Position numbers and translations under genes: made by a program | Assembly: GCA_044354355.1 (NCBI GenBank) | Contig: JBILAD010000001.1 | Coordinates: 1-52,747, forward strand | Reading direction: 5' to 3' | From: Candidatus Planktophila sp. | GTDB lineage: Bacteria; Actinomycetota; Actinomycetes; Nanopelagicales; Nanopelagicaceae | Length of the DNA: 52,747 nt | Part shown: piece after piece, positions 31,339-41,854 of the stretch | Position numbering within the stretch: the stretch's first letter is position 1 | Layout of the letters: every line of letters starts with the position of its first letter | Notes under the pieces: model-generated | The model's database searches: none | What the model was told of the DNA's origin: nothing | The model's input: only the letters and a program-made list of their open reading frames with translations

Positions 31339-32652
31339 ATGACCACAACGACACACTCAGAATTAGAACTAGAAGCCATTCGCATTTGCCAAGAATTGAT
31401 CCGCATCCCTAGCGTGAATTTCGGCGATGGAAAAGGTGATGAGAAGGCGGTTGCAGCACACGTTGTGAAGTTGCTCAGTGAAGTGGGTATTGAATCTCAA
31501 ACATATGAATCAGCACCTGGTCGTTGCAATGTGATTGCTCGTATCAAAGGCTCTAATCCAAACCGACCTGGATTAGTTGTTCATGGTCACTTAGATGTTG
31601 TTCCGGTTAACGCTGATGATTGGTCGGTTGATCCTTTTTCTGCAGAGATCAAGGATGGATTTATTTGGGGTCGTGGGGCTGTAGACATGAAGAACATGGA
31701 TGCGATGATCATCGCAACAGTTCGTGACTGGGCTCGCACAGGTTATGTTCCAGAGCGCGACATCGTGTTGGCATTTTTTGCTGATGAAGAGGCTGGAAGT
31801 ATTTTCGGTTCACATTACATGGTCAAAAATCATCCTGAAGTATTTGCTGGTTGCACAGAAGCGGTTTCAGAAGTTGGTGGCTTTTCAGTAACAGTATCTG
31901 GCGGAAAACGCTTGTATCTGATCGAAACTGCTGAAAAGGGAATCCACTGGATGCGATTGATCGCAGATGGTCGCGCGGGTCACGGTTCCATGATGAATGA
32001 GGCAAACGCCGTTACTCGTTTAGCTGAAGCTATCGCCAAGATTGGTCAGTACGAATGGCCGCAGCGCTATAGCAAAACGGTGAAAGCCTTTTTCAAACGG
32101 ATTGCAGATGAGACTGGCAAGCCATACAACGAAGAGGATCTTCGCCCATTGCTCGATGAAATCGGTTTTGCTTCAACCATGATCGGTGCGACATTGCAGA
32201 ACACAGCAAACCCAACGATGTTAGAGGCTGGCTATAAAGCAAATGTCATCCCAGGTTCGGCAAGTGCTGTTGTGGATGGTCGGTTCATTCCAGGATTTGA
32301 GGATGAACTCAATGAAACTATCAAGTCATTAATCGGTGAGAACGTAAGAGTTGAAACTATCACTCGTGACAAAGCGCTAGAAGTACCTTTCGAAGGTGAT
32401 CTCGTTGAAGCGATGTGTAATGCATTGATTAAAGAAGATGCCGTCGCAATCCCTGTTCCTTATGTAATGAGTGGGGGAACGGATAACAAGGCACTTGCTG
32501 ACCTTGGAATTATTGGTTATGGCTTCTCACCATTGAAATTGGAAGCAGACTTTAACTTTACGGCCATGTTCCACGGCGTTGATGAGCGAGTTCCTATTGA
32601 GGGTCTTGCATTTGGCGCACGAGTTCTCAAAGAGTTTCTAGAAAACGCCTAA
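31339..32652 (+). CDS. M20/M25/M40 family metallopeptidase/hydrolase
   Basis: HGHLDVVP, WGRGAVDMK, ADEEAG, GGTDNK, HGVDER. Confidence 0.92.
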   Translation: MTTTTHSELELEAIRICQELIRIPSVNFGDGKGDEKAVAAHVVKLLSEVGIESQTYESAPGRCNVIARIKGSNPNRPGLVVHGHLDVVPVNADDWSVDPFSAEIKDGFIWGRGAVDMKNMDAMIIATVRDWARTGYVPERDIVLAFFADEEAGSIFGSHYMVKNHPEVFAGCTEAVSEVGGFSVTVSGGKRLYLIETAEKGIHWMRLIADGRAGHGSMMNEANAVTRLAEAIAKIGQYEWPQRYSKTVKAFFKRIADETGKPYNEEDLRPLLDEIGFASTMIGATLQNTANPTMLEAGYKANVIPGSASAVVDGRFIPGFEDELNETIKSLIGENVRVETITRDKALEVPFEGDLVEAMCNALIKEDAVAIPVPYVMSGGTDNKALADLGIIGYGFSPLKLEADFNFTAMFHGVDERVPIEGLAFGARVLKEFLENA

Positions 32653-33593
32653 GCACTCACATCGTTGAGTGCATTGCGAACGATCTCTGGCAATGAAATC
32701 TCTTCGCTCTTTAGAACGCCGCGAAGTTGTGCACCGGTGCGTGCTCCGATGAGTGAGGTTGTAACCCCTGGTGCATCTCTTACCCATGCGAGCGCAACTT
32801 CTAATGGGGAATAACCCAGACCTTCAGCAGCAACTGCGACAGCTTCAACTATTCGAGCTGATCGGTTATCTAGATACGGTTCTATGTGTTTAGCAAAGTG
32901 CGGGGCAGCACCACGAGAATCACTAGGGATTCCTTTGCGATATTTGCCAGTTAATACACCTCTAGCAAGTGGTGCCCAAGCCAGAAATCCAACGCCACAT
33001 TCTTGTGCGGCATCTAAGACTTCCTCTTCTACAGTGCGGTTAAGCAATGAATACTCATTTTGGACTGTAGTAAGCGGTGCTTTCATAGAGTTGGACTGTT
33101 GTTTTGTAGCAGCACGGGCTATCTGCCACCCAGAGTAGTTACTAATTCCGACATAGCGCGCTCTGCCCGTTGTGTAGGCATAATCAAGAGCTGACAAAGT
33201 GTCATCTAAAGGAGTTGAATCATCCCAGGCATGAATCTGCCAAATATCTACAAAATCTGAATTGAGACGGGCTAGCGAACGATCAAGCTCTGCGATCAAG
33301 GAATGCCTAGAAGCATCAATTCTTCGGACACCATCAGTAAATCCGATTCCAGCTTTCGTTGCGATAACCACTTCATCACGATTGAACAGGGTTCCGATGA
33401 GTCCGCCAATTACACGTTCACTATCACCATCACCGTATGTCGAAGCTGTATCAATAAAGTTGCCACCAGCATCTAAAAAGGCGCGACATTGGTCAGCGGC
33501 CTCTATTTCATCGGTGTCCCGGCCCCATGTCATCGTGCCAAGACCCAAGCGCGAGAGGGTAAGTCCGCTCGTACCTGCTCTGCGCTTTTCCAT
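32649..33593 (-). CDS. aldo/keto reductase
   Basis: LGLGTMTWG, IDTASTYGDG, IATKAG, VGISN, WAPLARGVLTGKY. Confidence 0.93.
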   Translation of the reverse strand: MEKRRAGTSGLTLSRLGLGTMTWGRDTDEIEAADQCRAFLDAGGNFIDTASTYGDGDSERVIGGLIGTLFNRDEVVIATKAGIGFTDGVRRIDASRHSLIAELDRSLARLNSDFVDIWQIHAWDDSTPLDDTLSALDYAYTTGRARYVGISNYSGWQIARAATKQQSNSMKAPLTTVQNEYSLLNRTVEEEVLDAAQECGVGFLAWAPLARGVLTGKYRKGIPSDSRGAAPHFAKHIEPYLDNRSARIVEAVAVAAEGLGYSPLEVALAWVRDAPGVTTSLIGARTGAQLRGVLKSEEISLPEIVRNALNDVSA

Positions 33594-33644
33594 GGGGCGA
33601 CCCTAGCAAGTGCAATGGTGAAAAGCTGCGATAGCCTTTGATTT

Positions 33645-34322
33645 ATGCGATTGGTTTTGATCAGACATTCACACTCCGAAGCCAATGCTGCCGGGATCCT
33701 TTCAGGACGATTACCAAATGTGCACCTTTCCGAAAAAGGGTTGGCGCAATCTGAGCAACTGGCGGTTCGATTAGGCAATTTCCCGGTATCAAATCTACGC
33801 ATCAGTCCCATGGAACGTTGCTTTGAAACTATTTCTCCGTGGATCAATTCAATTGTGATGCCTAACAACCCACGATTTGAACCGATCATTGATGAAGAGC
33901 TTACTGAGGTCGATTACGGACTATGGAGCGGCAAGAAACTATCTATTTTAAGTAAGAACAAATTGTGGAAAACTGTTCAAGAATCACCGAGTCGAATGTA
34001 TTTCCCTAAGGGCGAAGGAATTGCTCAGATGCAGTCCAGGGCGATGACATCGGTACATCAGGCAGTTTCTTCAAAAGCAAAGGGCTCTGCCGTGATTGTC
34101 AGTCACGGTGATGTCATCAAATCCATAGTTGCCTCCGCACTAGGAATGCATCTTGACGATTTCCAGCGAATTGTTATCGATCCCGCATCAATTTCAATTC
34201 TGGATTACTCAACTATGAAACCACGCGTTCTGCTGCTTAATGACTCTCGCGCAGTTGTTACAGATCTCCTTGTTGCTCCTAAAAGAGCAAAGAACCTTCT
34301 TGGTGGTGGTTCTGGTCGATGA
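33645..34322 (+). CDS. histidine phosphatase (MSMEG_4193-like putative phosphomutase)
   Basis: LIRHS (RHG variant), SPMERC, EVDYG.W.G, VSHGDVIK. Confidence 0.87.
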   Translation: MRLVLIRHSHSEANAAGILSGRLPNVHLSEKGLAQSEQLAVRLGNFPVSNLRISPMERCFETISPWINSIVMPNNPRFEPIIDEELTEVDYGLWSGKKLSILSKNKLWKTVQESPSRMYFPKGEGIAQMQSRAMTSVHQAVSSKAKGSAVIVSHGDVIKSIVASALGMHLDDFQRIVIDPASISILDYSTMKPRVLLLNDSRAVVTDLLVAPKRAKNLLGGGSGR

Positions 34323-34828
34323 GGTATGAGTTTGCACAACCCGATCGATTCGTAGCTGGAACAGTAGGCCAACCAGGGGAGCGCGCCTTCTATCTGCAGG
34401 TTAGGTCTGGTTCACGATTGGTATCGGTTGCGGTTGAAAAAGCACAAGTACAGGCGATAGCTGCCCGTCTTGAGGTAATGATTGCCGAAATCCGTAAATC
34501 AAGCCCCTTGCTAGGAATAGAAAAACTAGCAGTAGATGATGCACCTTTGGAATCTCCCATCGACGCAGAGTTTCAGGTGGGTGCAATATCTTTTGCCTGG
34601 AATGAAGAAATTGGATTGATCAGCGTCGAACTATTTGAATTAGAAGATGATGAAGAGGATTCTGAAGGTGATGTAGTTGAACTCACCATCAGTGTTGCTA
34701 TGGCCGTTGCTTTTGTTACTAGATCTAAGGCGGTAGTAAATGCGGGCCGCCTTCCTTGTCCTTTCTGTGGAATTCCTATCGATCCACGTGGTCACCTATG
34801 TCCGAGGGCAAATGGTTACAGACGATAA
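34319..34828 (+). CDS. DUF3090 family protein with C-terminal Cys/His motif
   Basis: DRFVAGTVGQPGERAFYLQ; GRLPCPFCG.P.DP.GHLCPRANG. Confidence 0.85.
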   Translation: MRYEFAQPDRFVAGTVGQPGERAFYLQVRSGSRLVSVAVEKAQVQAIAARLEVMIAEIRKSSPLLGIEKLAVDDAPLESPIDAEFQVGAISFAWNEEIGLISVELFELEDDEEDSEGDVVELTISVAMAVAFVTRSKAVVNAGRLPCPFCGIPIDPRGHLCPRANGYRR

Positions 34829-35522
34829 CTTCCAGACATTAACAAGTGGTGAGTTAAGCGTGACTGGCCGCTTGGTGGATGCATCCAATGCGACGTTGTA
34901 TGCAACAGCAACTCTTGAAGATGAGGCGATCACATGTATTTATAAACCAATAGCAGGCGAGCGTCCGCTCTGGGACTTTGCTGTTGGTTGCTTAGCACAC
35001 CGAGAATACGCGGCGTATCTGGTGAGCAGTCATCTTGGTTTTGATTTGGTTCCACTGACTATCTTGCGAGATGGTCCATATGGCTTTGGAATGGTTCAAC
35101 AATGGATTGACATTGATGAATCCATAGACCTTGCAAAGTTTTTTTCAACTGATCATCCCAGGTTGAGAGCTATGGCACTTTTTGATGCAATCATCAATAA
35201 CACTGATCGCAAAATTGGTCATCTACTACCAATAGATAATGACAATGTTTTTGGATGTGACCATGGAGTGACCTTTCACACCGAAGACAAATTACGCACT
35301 GTTTTGTGGCAATGGGCTCAAGAGCCATTTACCCCAGGGGAGATAGAGCTGCTACAGAAGGCGAAAGTGGAGTTATCTGGACAGCTAGGAGATTTGCTCG
35401 AGCCACTTCTGACACAAGAGGAGATTGAACAAACACAGCGCAGAGTTGCAGATCTTTTGGCTAGTGGAACTTTCCCCTTGCCAAATCCCGAGTGGCCCGC
35501 GGTCCCGTGGCCCGCTTTTTAA
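34812..35522 (+). CDS. SCO1664-family protein, PI3/4-kinase-like fold
   Basis: ASNAT, YKP..GERPLWDF, NNTDRKIGH, DHGVTF, KLRTVLW, VPWPAF. Confidence 0.85.
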   Translation: MVTDDNFQTLTSGELSVTGRLVDASNATLYATATLEDEAITCIYKPIAGERPLWDFAVGCLAHREYAAYLVSSHLGFDLVPLTILRDGPYGFGMVQQWIDIDESIDLAKFFSTDHPRLRAMALFDAIINNTDRKIGHLLPIDNDNVFGCDHGVTFHTEDKLRTVLWQWAQEPFTPGEIELLQKAKVELSGQLGDLLEPLLTQEEIEQTQRRVADLLASGTFPLPNPEWPAVPWPAF

Positions 35523-35542
35523 TTTAGGATTACGATACAGAC

Positions 35543-36784
35543 ATGAATTCGTGGAGTCAGGTTGCAATCCCGTCTATAGATTCCATAATCAGGTGGCCAG
35601 CTTTGATTCTTACTGATTCATCAACGGGTAAGAAAGCACCCCTTGAATCAAAGCCCGCCTATCGAATGTATGTGTGTGGAATAACCCCATACGATGCAAC
35701 GCACCTTGGTCACGCTGCAACCTACTTAACGTTTGACTTGATCAATCGATATCTTCGCGCCACCGGTTCTGAGGTTCGATATGTTCAAAACATTACAGAT
35801 ATTGATGATCCCTTATTGGAACGTGCGCATAGAGATGGAATCGACTGGAAAGATTTAGCGCACCAACAGATTGATCTGTTTCGAAACGATATGGTCAACT
35901 TAAGAGTGATCCCGCCGGCACATTACATAGGCGCAGTGGATGCAATTCCTTTAGTAACACAAACTATCGAACAACTTTCAACCAAGGATTCTGTCTACCA
36001 AGTAGACCAGGATCTTTACTTCAAGGTTCATGCTGATCCGCACTTTGGCGAACGCTCCCATCTTTCAACAGAAAAGATGTTAGAGATATTTTCAGAACGT
36101 GGAGGAGATCCAACGCGAACAGGAAAGGCTGATCCGCTGGATTGCTTAGTGTGGATGTCACAGCGTCCAAATGAGCCTGGTTGGCCTTCTCCATTTGGTG
36201 TTGGTCGCCCCGGTTGGCATATTGAGTGCACCGCAATCGCCATCCAATACCTTGAACCTGCTACTCATGAAGATGCATTGATCGATATTCAAGGTGGTGG
36301 ATCAGATTTGATTTTCCCTCATCATGAAATGTGCGCATCCCAGGCACAAGTGCTTTCAGGAAAGCCTTTAGCTAGCACCTACGTCCATGCAGGAATGATT
36401 GGGCTAGATGGTGAAAAGATGAGTAAAAGCAAAGGTAATTTAGTTTTTGTTTCTAAGTTAGTTTCAGATGGCCGTGATCCAATGGCTATCCGTTGGGCCC
36501 TGATGCAGAGTCATTACCGAAGTGACCGCATGTGGACCGAAGATCTTTTGATAACTTCTGAAAAAGAAATATCAGCACTGCGCAAAGCACTGAAGCAACA
36601 AGAAGTAGCACCTACGCAAGCTTTGATTCAACAAATTATCGATTGCTTGGCAAATGATTTAGATACTCAATCACTAATCCAAGCTGTAAACATTTGGGTT
36701 AATCAAACAAATGCTGGTGTTACAGGCGGGGATCCAAAATCTTTGATAGCTGTTATGGACGCTCTGATTGGGATCAGGGTTTAA
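35543..36784 (+). CDS. mshC: cysteine:GlcN-Ins ligase (mycothiol biosynthesis)
   Basis: CGITPYDATHLGH, ERGGDP, GRPGWHIEC, KMSKS; lacks the anticodon domain of CysRS. Confidence 0.94.
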   Translation: MNSWSQVAIPSIDSIIRWPALILTDSSTGKKAPLESKPAYRMYVCGITPYDATHLGHAATYLTFDLINRYLRATGSEVRYVQNITDIDDPLLERAHRDGIDWKDLAHQQIDLFRNDMVNLRVIPPAHYIGAVDAIPLVTQTIEQLSTKDSVYQVDQDLYFKVHADPHFGERSHLSTEKMLEIFSERGGDPTRTGKADPLDCLVWMSQRPNEPGWPSPFGVGRPGWHIECTAIAIQYLEPATHEDALIDIQGGGSDLIFPHHEMCASQAQVLSGKPLASTYVHAGMIGLDGEKMSKSKGNLVFVSKLVSDGRDPMAIRWALMQSHYRSDRMWTEDLLITSEKEISALRKALKQQEVAPTQALIQQIIDCLANDLDTQSLIQAVNIWVNQTNAGVTGGDPKSLIAVMDALIGIRV

Positions 36785-37644
36785 TCTTCGCTTTGTCGTC
36801 GTAAGTAACGTTCAAATTCTTTAGCAATCAAATCTCCCGAAACATCCGGCAGTTCGGCCGCATCCTTACTCTCCTCAAGTGCTTTCACGTACTCTGCAAC
36901 ATCTGTATCTTCGGCCGCTAGTTCATCGACAGATTTTTCCCAATCATCCGAATCAACTTGCAAGGGTCCGAGGGGGATTGATATATCAAGAAAATCTTCG
37001 AGTGAATTAATTAACGCTAAGGATGCTTTTGGAGAAGGGGAATTTGAGGCATAGTGAGGCACGGCTGCCCATAGTGAAATCGCATCTATGCCGCGTCGCA
37101 TGCAGCCATCTTGAATAATTCCGAGAATTCCAGTTGGACCTTCATACTTTGAAACTGAAACGCCAAGTCGATCTGCAATGTTTGGGTGGCCACCTGTGCC
37201 AGTAACTGTGATCGGACGAGTGTGCGGAGAATCTGCCAGCAGTGAACCAAGAGTGATCACCAGTGATACTTCAAGATCATCTGCTAGATCCAAAAGATCC
37301 GAAGTGAACTTTTTCCAACGCATTGATGGTTCAACACCTGTGACAATAACTAGGTCGCGCTTCATAGAGGGGATGGCTAATCCAAACACTTGAGTACCAG
37401 GCCATGTGATGCTTCGGATCGATGAGTCATCTATCGAGACTTGAGGTCTATTTACTTGAAAGTCATAGAAATCTTCAGCTTCCACATCAGCAATCAACTG
37501 TGGAACCACATCATCATCTTTTTCACGCCAAGCCGATAACAAGTGTTCCAAAGCACCTGAAGCACCTTCTGCAGCATCGTTCCAGCCAGTAAAGGCAACG
37601 ATCATTACAGGGTCGCGCAGCAGCGGTATGTTATGAATCTCCAC
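36781..37644 (-). CDS. PAC2 family (proteasome-assembly-chaperone-like) protein
   Basis: AFTGWNDAA, FYDFQVNRP, GSLLADSPHTRP, YEGPTGI, WAAVPHY, EFERYL. Confidence 0.88.
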   Translation of the reverse strand: MEIHNIPLLRDPVMIVAFTGWNDAAEGASGALEHLLSAWREKDDDVVPQLIADVEAEDFYDFQVNRPQVSIDDSSIRSITWPGTQVFGLAIPSMKRDLVIVTGVEPSMRWKKFTSDLLDLADDLEVSLVITLGSLLADSPHTRPITVTGTGGHPNIADRLGVSVSKYEGPTGILGIIQDGCMRRGIDAISLWAAVPHYASNSPSPKASLALINSLEDFLDISIPLGPLQVDSDDWEKSVDELAAEDTDVAEYVKALEESKDAAELPDVSGDLIAKEFERYLRRQSED

Positions 37645-37673
37645 GCCAGCAACCTTACGGTAACCTTCGGCAG

Positions 37674-40600
37674 ATGAACACGCCGAAAAAAGCAGAAGGA
37701 TTGCTCCGGCGCACCCTTGCCGAACGGGTAGTAATCGCCGATGGCGCTATGGGCACGATGCTTCAAGCAGCTAATCCTTCCCTTTCAGACTTTGAAAATC
37801 ACGAGGGTTGTAACGAGGTTTTAAACGTCAGCCGCCCAGACATTGTCCGTTCTGTGCATGAGGAATACCTATCTGCAGGTGTTGATGCGATTGAAACAAA
37901 TACCTTTGGTGCGAACTGGTCCAATTTGGCCGACTATGGAATAGAAGATCGAATTTACGAACTGGCTTTTGCTGGGGGAAAGATTGCGCGAGAAGCAGCA
38001 GATGCCTTCTCCACACCTGACAAGCCGCGTTTCGTTTTAGGTTCGCTCGGACCCGGTACAAAACTTCCAAGTCTTGGTCACACGACCTACGACAACCTCA
38101 AGATCGCTTACTACACCGCAGCAAGGGGTTTGGCTGATTCGGGTTGTGATGCGCTACTGGTTGAAACTTCGCAAGATCTATTGCAGGTAAAGGCAGCGGT
38201 TAATGGTTGCCGACAAGCAATTGATGAAGCAACACACGACATTGTTTTAATCGCACAAGTAACGGTTGAAACAACCGGAACAATGTTGATGGGTTCTGAA
38301 ATTGGTGCAGCACTTAACGCGCTAGAGCCTATGGGGATAGATTTGATTGGCTTGAACTGTGCCACTGGCCCTGCTGAAATGTCTGAGCACCTTCGTTACT
38401 TAAGTAAGAATGCGAAAGTTGCAATTTCGGTAATGCCTAATGCTGGCTTGCCGCAGCTAGGTCCAAATGGGGCGACATATCCACTGAAGCCAAATGAATT
38501 GGCAACAGCACTTGACGGATTTGTTACTGATTACGGAATCTCTTTAATTGGTGGTTGTTGCGGAACTACACCGGCTCATATGGCATCAGTTGTTGAGAAA
38601 TTGAGTAAAACAAAGATTTCAGTTCGAAAGCCAGCGCTCGACCCTGGCGCATCATCTCTCTACCAATACGTTCCTTTTAGACAGGACAAGACATACCTTG
38701 CTATCGGAGAACGAACCAACGCCAACGGTTCACGCGCCTTTCGGGATGCGCTACTAGCTGAAGATTGGGAGAAGTGCGTTGAAATCGCACGTGATCAAAT
38801 CCGAGATGGCGCACATATGTTGGATCTGTCTGTTGATTATGTCGGACGAGACGGCGCTGCAGACATGAGTCAGATCGCATCACGTTTTGCGACAGCAAGT
38901 ACTTTGCCGATCGTTCTAGATTCGACTGAACCCAATGTTTTAAAGGCTGGGTTAGAACACCTTGGTGGTCGATGCGTAATCAACTCGGTCAATTACGAAG
39001 ATGGAGATGGTCCTACTTCACGATTTGCAAAAATTATGCCTCTGGTCAAAGAACATGGCGCAAGTGTTGTTGCTCTGACAATTGATGAAGAGGGTCAAGC
39101 TCGAGATGCTGAATGGAAGCTTCGGGTTGCAAGGCGCTTAATCAACGATTTACACGATAACTGGGGCATGAATATCGGCGACATCTTGATCGACTGTCTG
39201 ACATTTCCTATTGCAACGGGACAAGAAGAAACTCGTAAAGATGGAATTGAAACCATTGAGGCAATCAAAAGGCTAAAAATGGAGTTCCCTGAAGTGCAAA
39301 CAACTTTGGGCGTGAGCAATGTTTCCTTTGGTTTAAATCCCGCTGCGCGAGTAGTTCTTAACTCTGTTTTCTTGCATGAATGCGTTCAGGCGGGACTTGA
39401 TTCGGCAATTGTCCATCCTTCAAAAATCACACCTATGGCCCGAATTGATGAACGCCAAAAGCAGGTGGCCCTTGATCTCGTGTATGACCGCAGAGTTTTT
39501 GATGGTGATGAGTGCACATACGACCCACTTCAAGAGTTCTTACAGTTATTTGATCGGGTTGAGCTAGCCACTAGCAAAAATGCTCGAGCCGAAGCACTTG
39601 CTGCACTACCTCTCTTTGAGCGTTTGCAGCGTCGAATTATCGATGGTGAAAAAGTAGGCCTGGAAGACGATCTGAAATCTGCCATGGATGAAGGCATGCC
39701 ACCACTGGAAATTATTAACTCACACTTGCTTGAGGGAATGAAGGTAGTAGGAGAGCTGTTTGGAAAAGGCGAAATGCAACTTCCTTTCGTTCTTCAAAGC
39801 GCTGAAGTGATGAAGACAGCTGTTGCAATGCTGGAACCATTCATGGAGAAGACAGGCGATGAAGGTCGCGGAACTATGCTTCTGGCAACGGTGCGCGGAG
39901 ATGTGCATGACATCGGAAAGAATCTTGTTGACATTATTTTGACCAACAACGGATATCGCGTGGTCAACATCGGTATCAAGCAAACAGTCAATCAGATTAT
40001 TGATGGTGCAATAGAGAGTAATGCCGACGCTATTGGAATGAGCGGGCTACTCGTTAAATCAACAGTAATCATGAAGGAAAACCTTGAAGAGTTAACTGCC
40101 CGCGGTTTAGATCAACGTTGGCCAATTGTTTTGGGTGGGGCAGCATTGACACGTGCCTACGTTGAGCAAGATCTGGCAGCAATATTTCCTGGTGAGGTGC
40201 GCTATGCGCGAGATGCCTTCGAAGGTTTGCGTTTAATGGATGCGATCATGGCGGTCAAACGTGGGGAAGAAGGTGCTGCTTTGCCCCCACTTCGTGAGCG
40301 ACGAGTAGCAAACACAAGAATTAAATCTGAAGAAGCACCAGTTGATACCAGTCGTAGTGATGTTGCTTCTGATAATTCGATTCCTAATCCACCGTTTTTT
40401 GGTTCCCGTGTTGTCAAAGGAATTCAGTTATCTGATTACGCAGGGATGCTAGATGAGCGGGCACTGTTTGTTGGACAGTGGGGACTCAAAGGTAACCGTG
40501 GAGAGTACGAAACCATGGTTGAAGATGAGGGACGTCCGCGTCTTCGTGCACTTATTAACGAGGTTCAATCCAAGGGTTGGCTCAATGCAGCCGTCGTTTA

Positions 40601-41174
40601 TGGATACTTCCCTTGCTATAGCGAGGGAAATGACTTGGTCATTCTTCATCATGAAGGCGAAGACAAAGGAAAAGAACGTATTCGTTTCTCATTCCCACGT
40701 CAGAGCCGAGATCGTCGCCTCTGCATTAGTGATTTCTTTGCCTCTAAGGAATCAGGAAAGACTGATGTTGTTGCTTTCCATGTCGTCACAATGGGTTCTA
40801 CCGTCAGTGAAGCTGCGGCAAAGTTATTTGCTGACAATAACTACCGTGAATATTTAGAGCTACATGGCCTATCCGTGCAGCTTACTGAGGCGTTAGCTGA
40901 ACATTGGCATGCACGTATGCGTGAAGAGCTGCAGGTTAAGTCTGAAGATTCATCTGATCTGCAAGGGATTTTGGACCAGGGATATCGCGGCTCTCGGTAC
41001 TCCTTTGGATATCCAGCATGTCCTGATCTTGAGCAACAGGTTCAGTTGTGTGAATTACTGGAGCCATCAAGAATTGGTGTGGAACTGTCTGAAGAATTCC
41101 AATTACACCCAGAGCAATCAACCTCTGCGATTATTGTTCATCATCCTGAGGCAAAATACTTCAATGCTAATTAG
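37674..41174 (+). CDS. metH: cobalamin-dependent methionine synthase
   Basis: DGAMGT, GGCCGT, GERTNANGS, DVHDIGKN B12 motif, RYSFGYPACP. Confidence 0.97.
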   Translation: MNTPKKAEGLLRRTLAERVVIADGAMGTMLQAANPSLSDFENHEGCNEVLNVSRPDIVRSVHEEYLSAGVDAIETNTFGANWSNLADYGIEDRIYELAFAGGKIAREAADAFSTPDKPRFVLGSLGPGTKLPSLGHTTYDNLKIAYYTAARGLADSGCDALLVETSQDLLQVKAAVNGCRQAIDEATHDIVLIAQVTVETTGTMLMGSEIGAALNALEPMGIDLIGLNCATGPAEMSEHLRYLSKNAKVAISVMPNAGLPQLGPNGATYPLKPNELATALDGFVTDYGISLIGGCCGTTPAHMASVVEKLSKTKISVRKPALDPGASSLYQYVPFRQDKTYLAIGERTNANGSRAFRDALLAEDWEKCVEIARDQIRDGAHMLDLSVDYVGRDGAADMSQIASRFATASTLPIVLDSTEPNVLKAGLEHLGGRCVINSVNYEDGDGPTSRFAKIMPLVKEHGASVVALTIDEEGQARDAEWKLRVARRLINDLHDNWGMNIGDILIDCLTFPIATGQEETRKDGIETIEAIKRLKMEFPEVQTTLGVSNVSFGLNPAARVVLNSVFLHECVQAGLDSAIVHPSKITPMARIDERQKQVALDLVYDRRVFDGDECTYDPLQEFLQLFDRVELATSKNARAEALAALPLFERLQRRIIDGEKVGLEDDLKSAMDEGMPPLEIINSHLLEGMKVVGELFGKGEMQLPFVLQSAEVMKTAVAMLEPFMEKTGDEGRGTMLLATVRGDVHDIGKNLVDIILTNNGYRVVNIGIKQTVNQIIDGAIESNADAIGMSGLLVKSTVIMKENLEELTARGLDQRWPIVLGGAALTRAYVEQDLAAIFPGEVRYARDAFEGLRLMDAIMAVKRGEEGAALPPLRERRVANTRIKSEEAPVDTSRSDVASDNSIPNPPFFGSRVVKGIQLSDYAGMLDERALFVGQWGLKGNRGEYETMVEDEGRPRLRALINEVQSKGWLNAAVVYGYFPCYSEGNDLVILHHEGEDKGKERIRFSFPRQSRDRRLCISDFFASKESGKTDVVAFHVVTMGSTVSEAAAKLFADNNYREYLELHGLSVQLTEALAEHWHARMREELQVKSEDSSDLQGILDQGYRGSRYSFGYPACPDLEQQVQLCELLEPSRIGVELSEEFQLHPEQSTSAIIVHHPEAKYFNAN

Positions 41175-41182
41175 TTTCACAC

Positions 41183-41854
41183 ATGAGTGATTTTTTCGAC
41201 GCAGTCTTTTTTGATATGGATGGCCTCATGGTTGACTCTGAACCAGAGTGGTTGTTATCTGAAATAGAGGTAACTGCGCCATTTGGTTATACCTGGGTAG
41301 AACAAGATCAGGTGGCATGCCTTGGGGGACCACTGTCTAAGGTGGGTCAATATATGTTTGATAGGTGCGGAAAAGTTGAATCACCGCAGTTCTTCACACA
41401 ATCACTCATTGACACACAAGTGGCAAGAATGCGTGGCAATACCCCAACTATGCCGGGGGCGATCGAATTAGTGCGCGAACTACAGTCACACGGTGTGAAA
41501 ACTGCATTAGTTTCAGCAAGTCCGAGGAACATTGTTGATGCTGTCTTGGACAACCTAGGCCACGACCTGTTTCCTTTCTCAATCAGTTCTGATGATGTTG
41601 AAAACACGAAGCCACATCCAGAGGCGTATTTGAAGGCAGCAACAATGAGTGGTTCGGATATTGCTAATTGTCTTGTGTTCGAAGATTCTTTAACGGGAAT
41701 GAGCGCAGCCATTGCCAGTGGAGCGCATCTGATCGGTGTTCCACATCTTGTCACTATCGAAGAGTCGACACGAGTTCGAGTAATTAAGTCACTCGAACAA
41801 TTATCTTTTTCAAAACTTATCGAATTGAAATCTGACTTTGCTGCAGTAATTTAA
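41183..41854 (+). CDS. HAD-IA family phosphatase
   Basis: FDMDGLMVDSE, KPHPE, FEDS. Confidence 0.9.
   Translation: MSDFFDAVFFDMDGLMVDSEPEWLLSEIEVTAPFGYTWVEQDQVACLGGPLSKVGQYMFDRCGKVESPQFFTQSLIDTQVARMRGNTPTMPGAIELVRELQSHGVKTALVSASPRNIVDAVLDNLGHDLFPFSISSDDVENTKPHPEAYLKAATMSGSDIANCLVFEDSLTGMSAAIASGAHLIGVPHLVTIEESTRVRVIKSLEQLSFSKLIELKSDFAAVI

Noticed and set aside
37645-37673. Cobalamin or SAM riboswitch before metH
   Set aside because: The 29-nt spacer is filled by two -10 boxes; the gene appears leaderless
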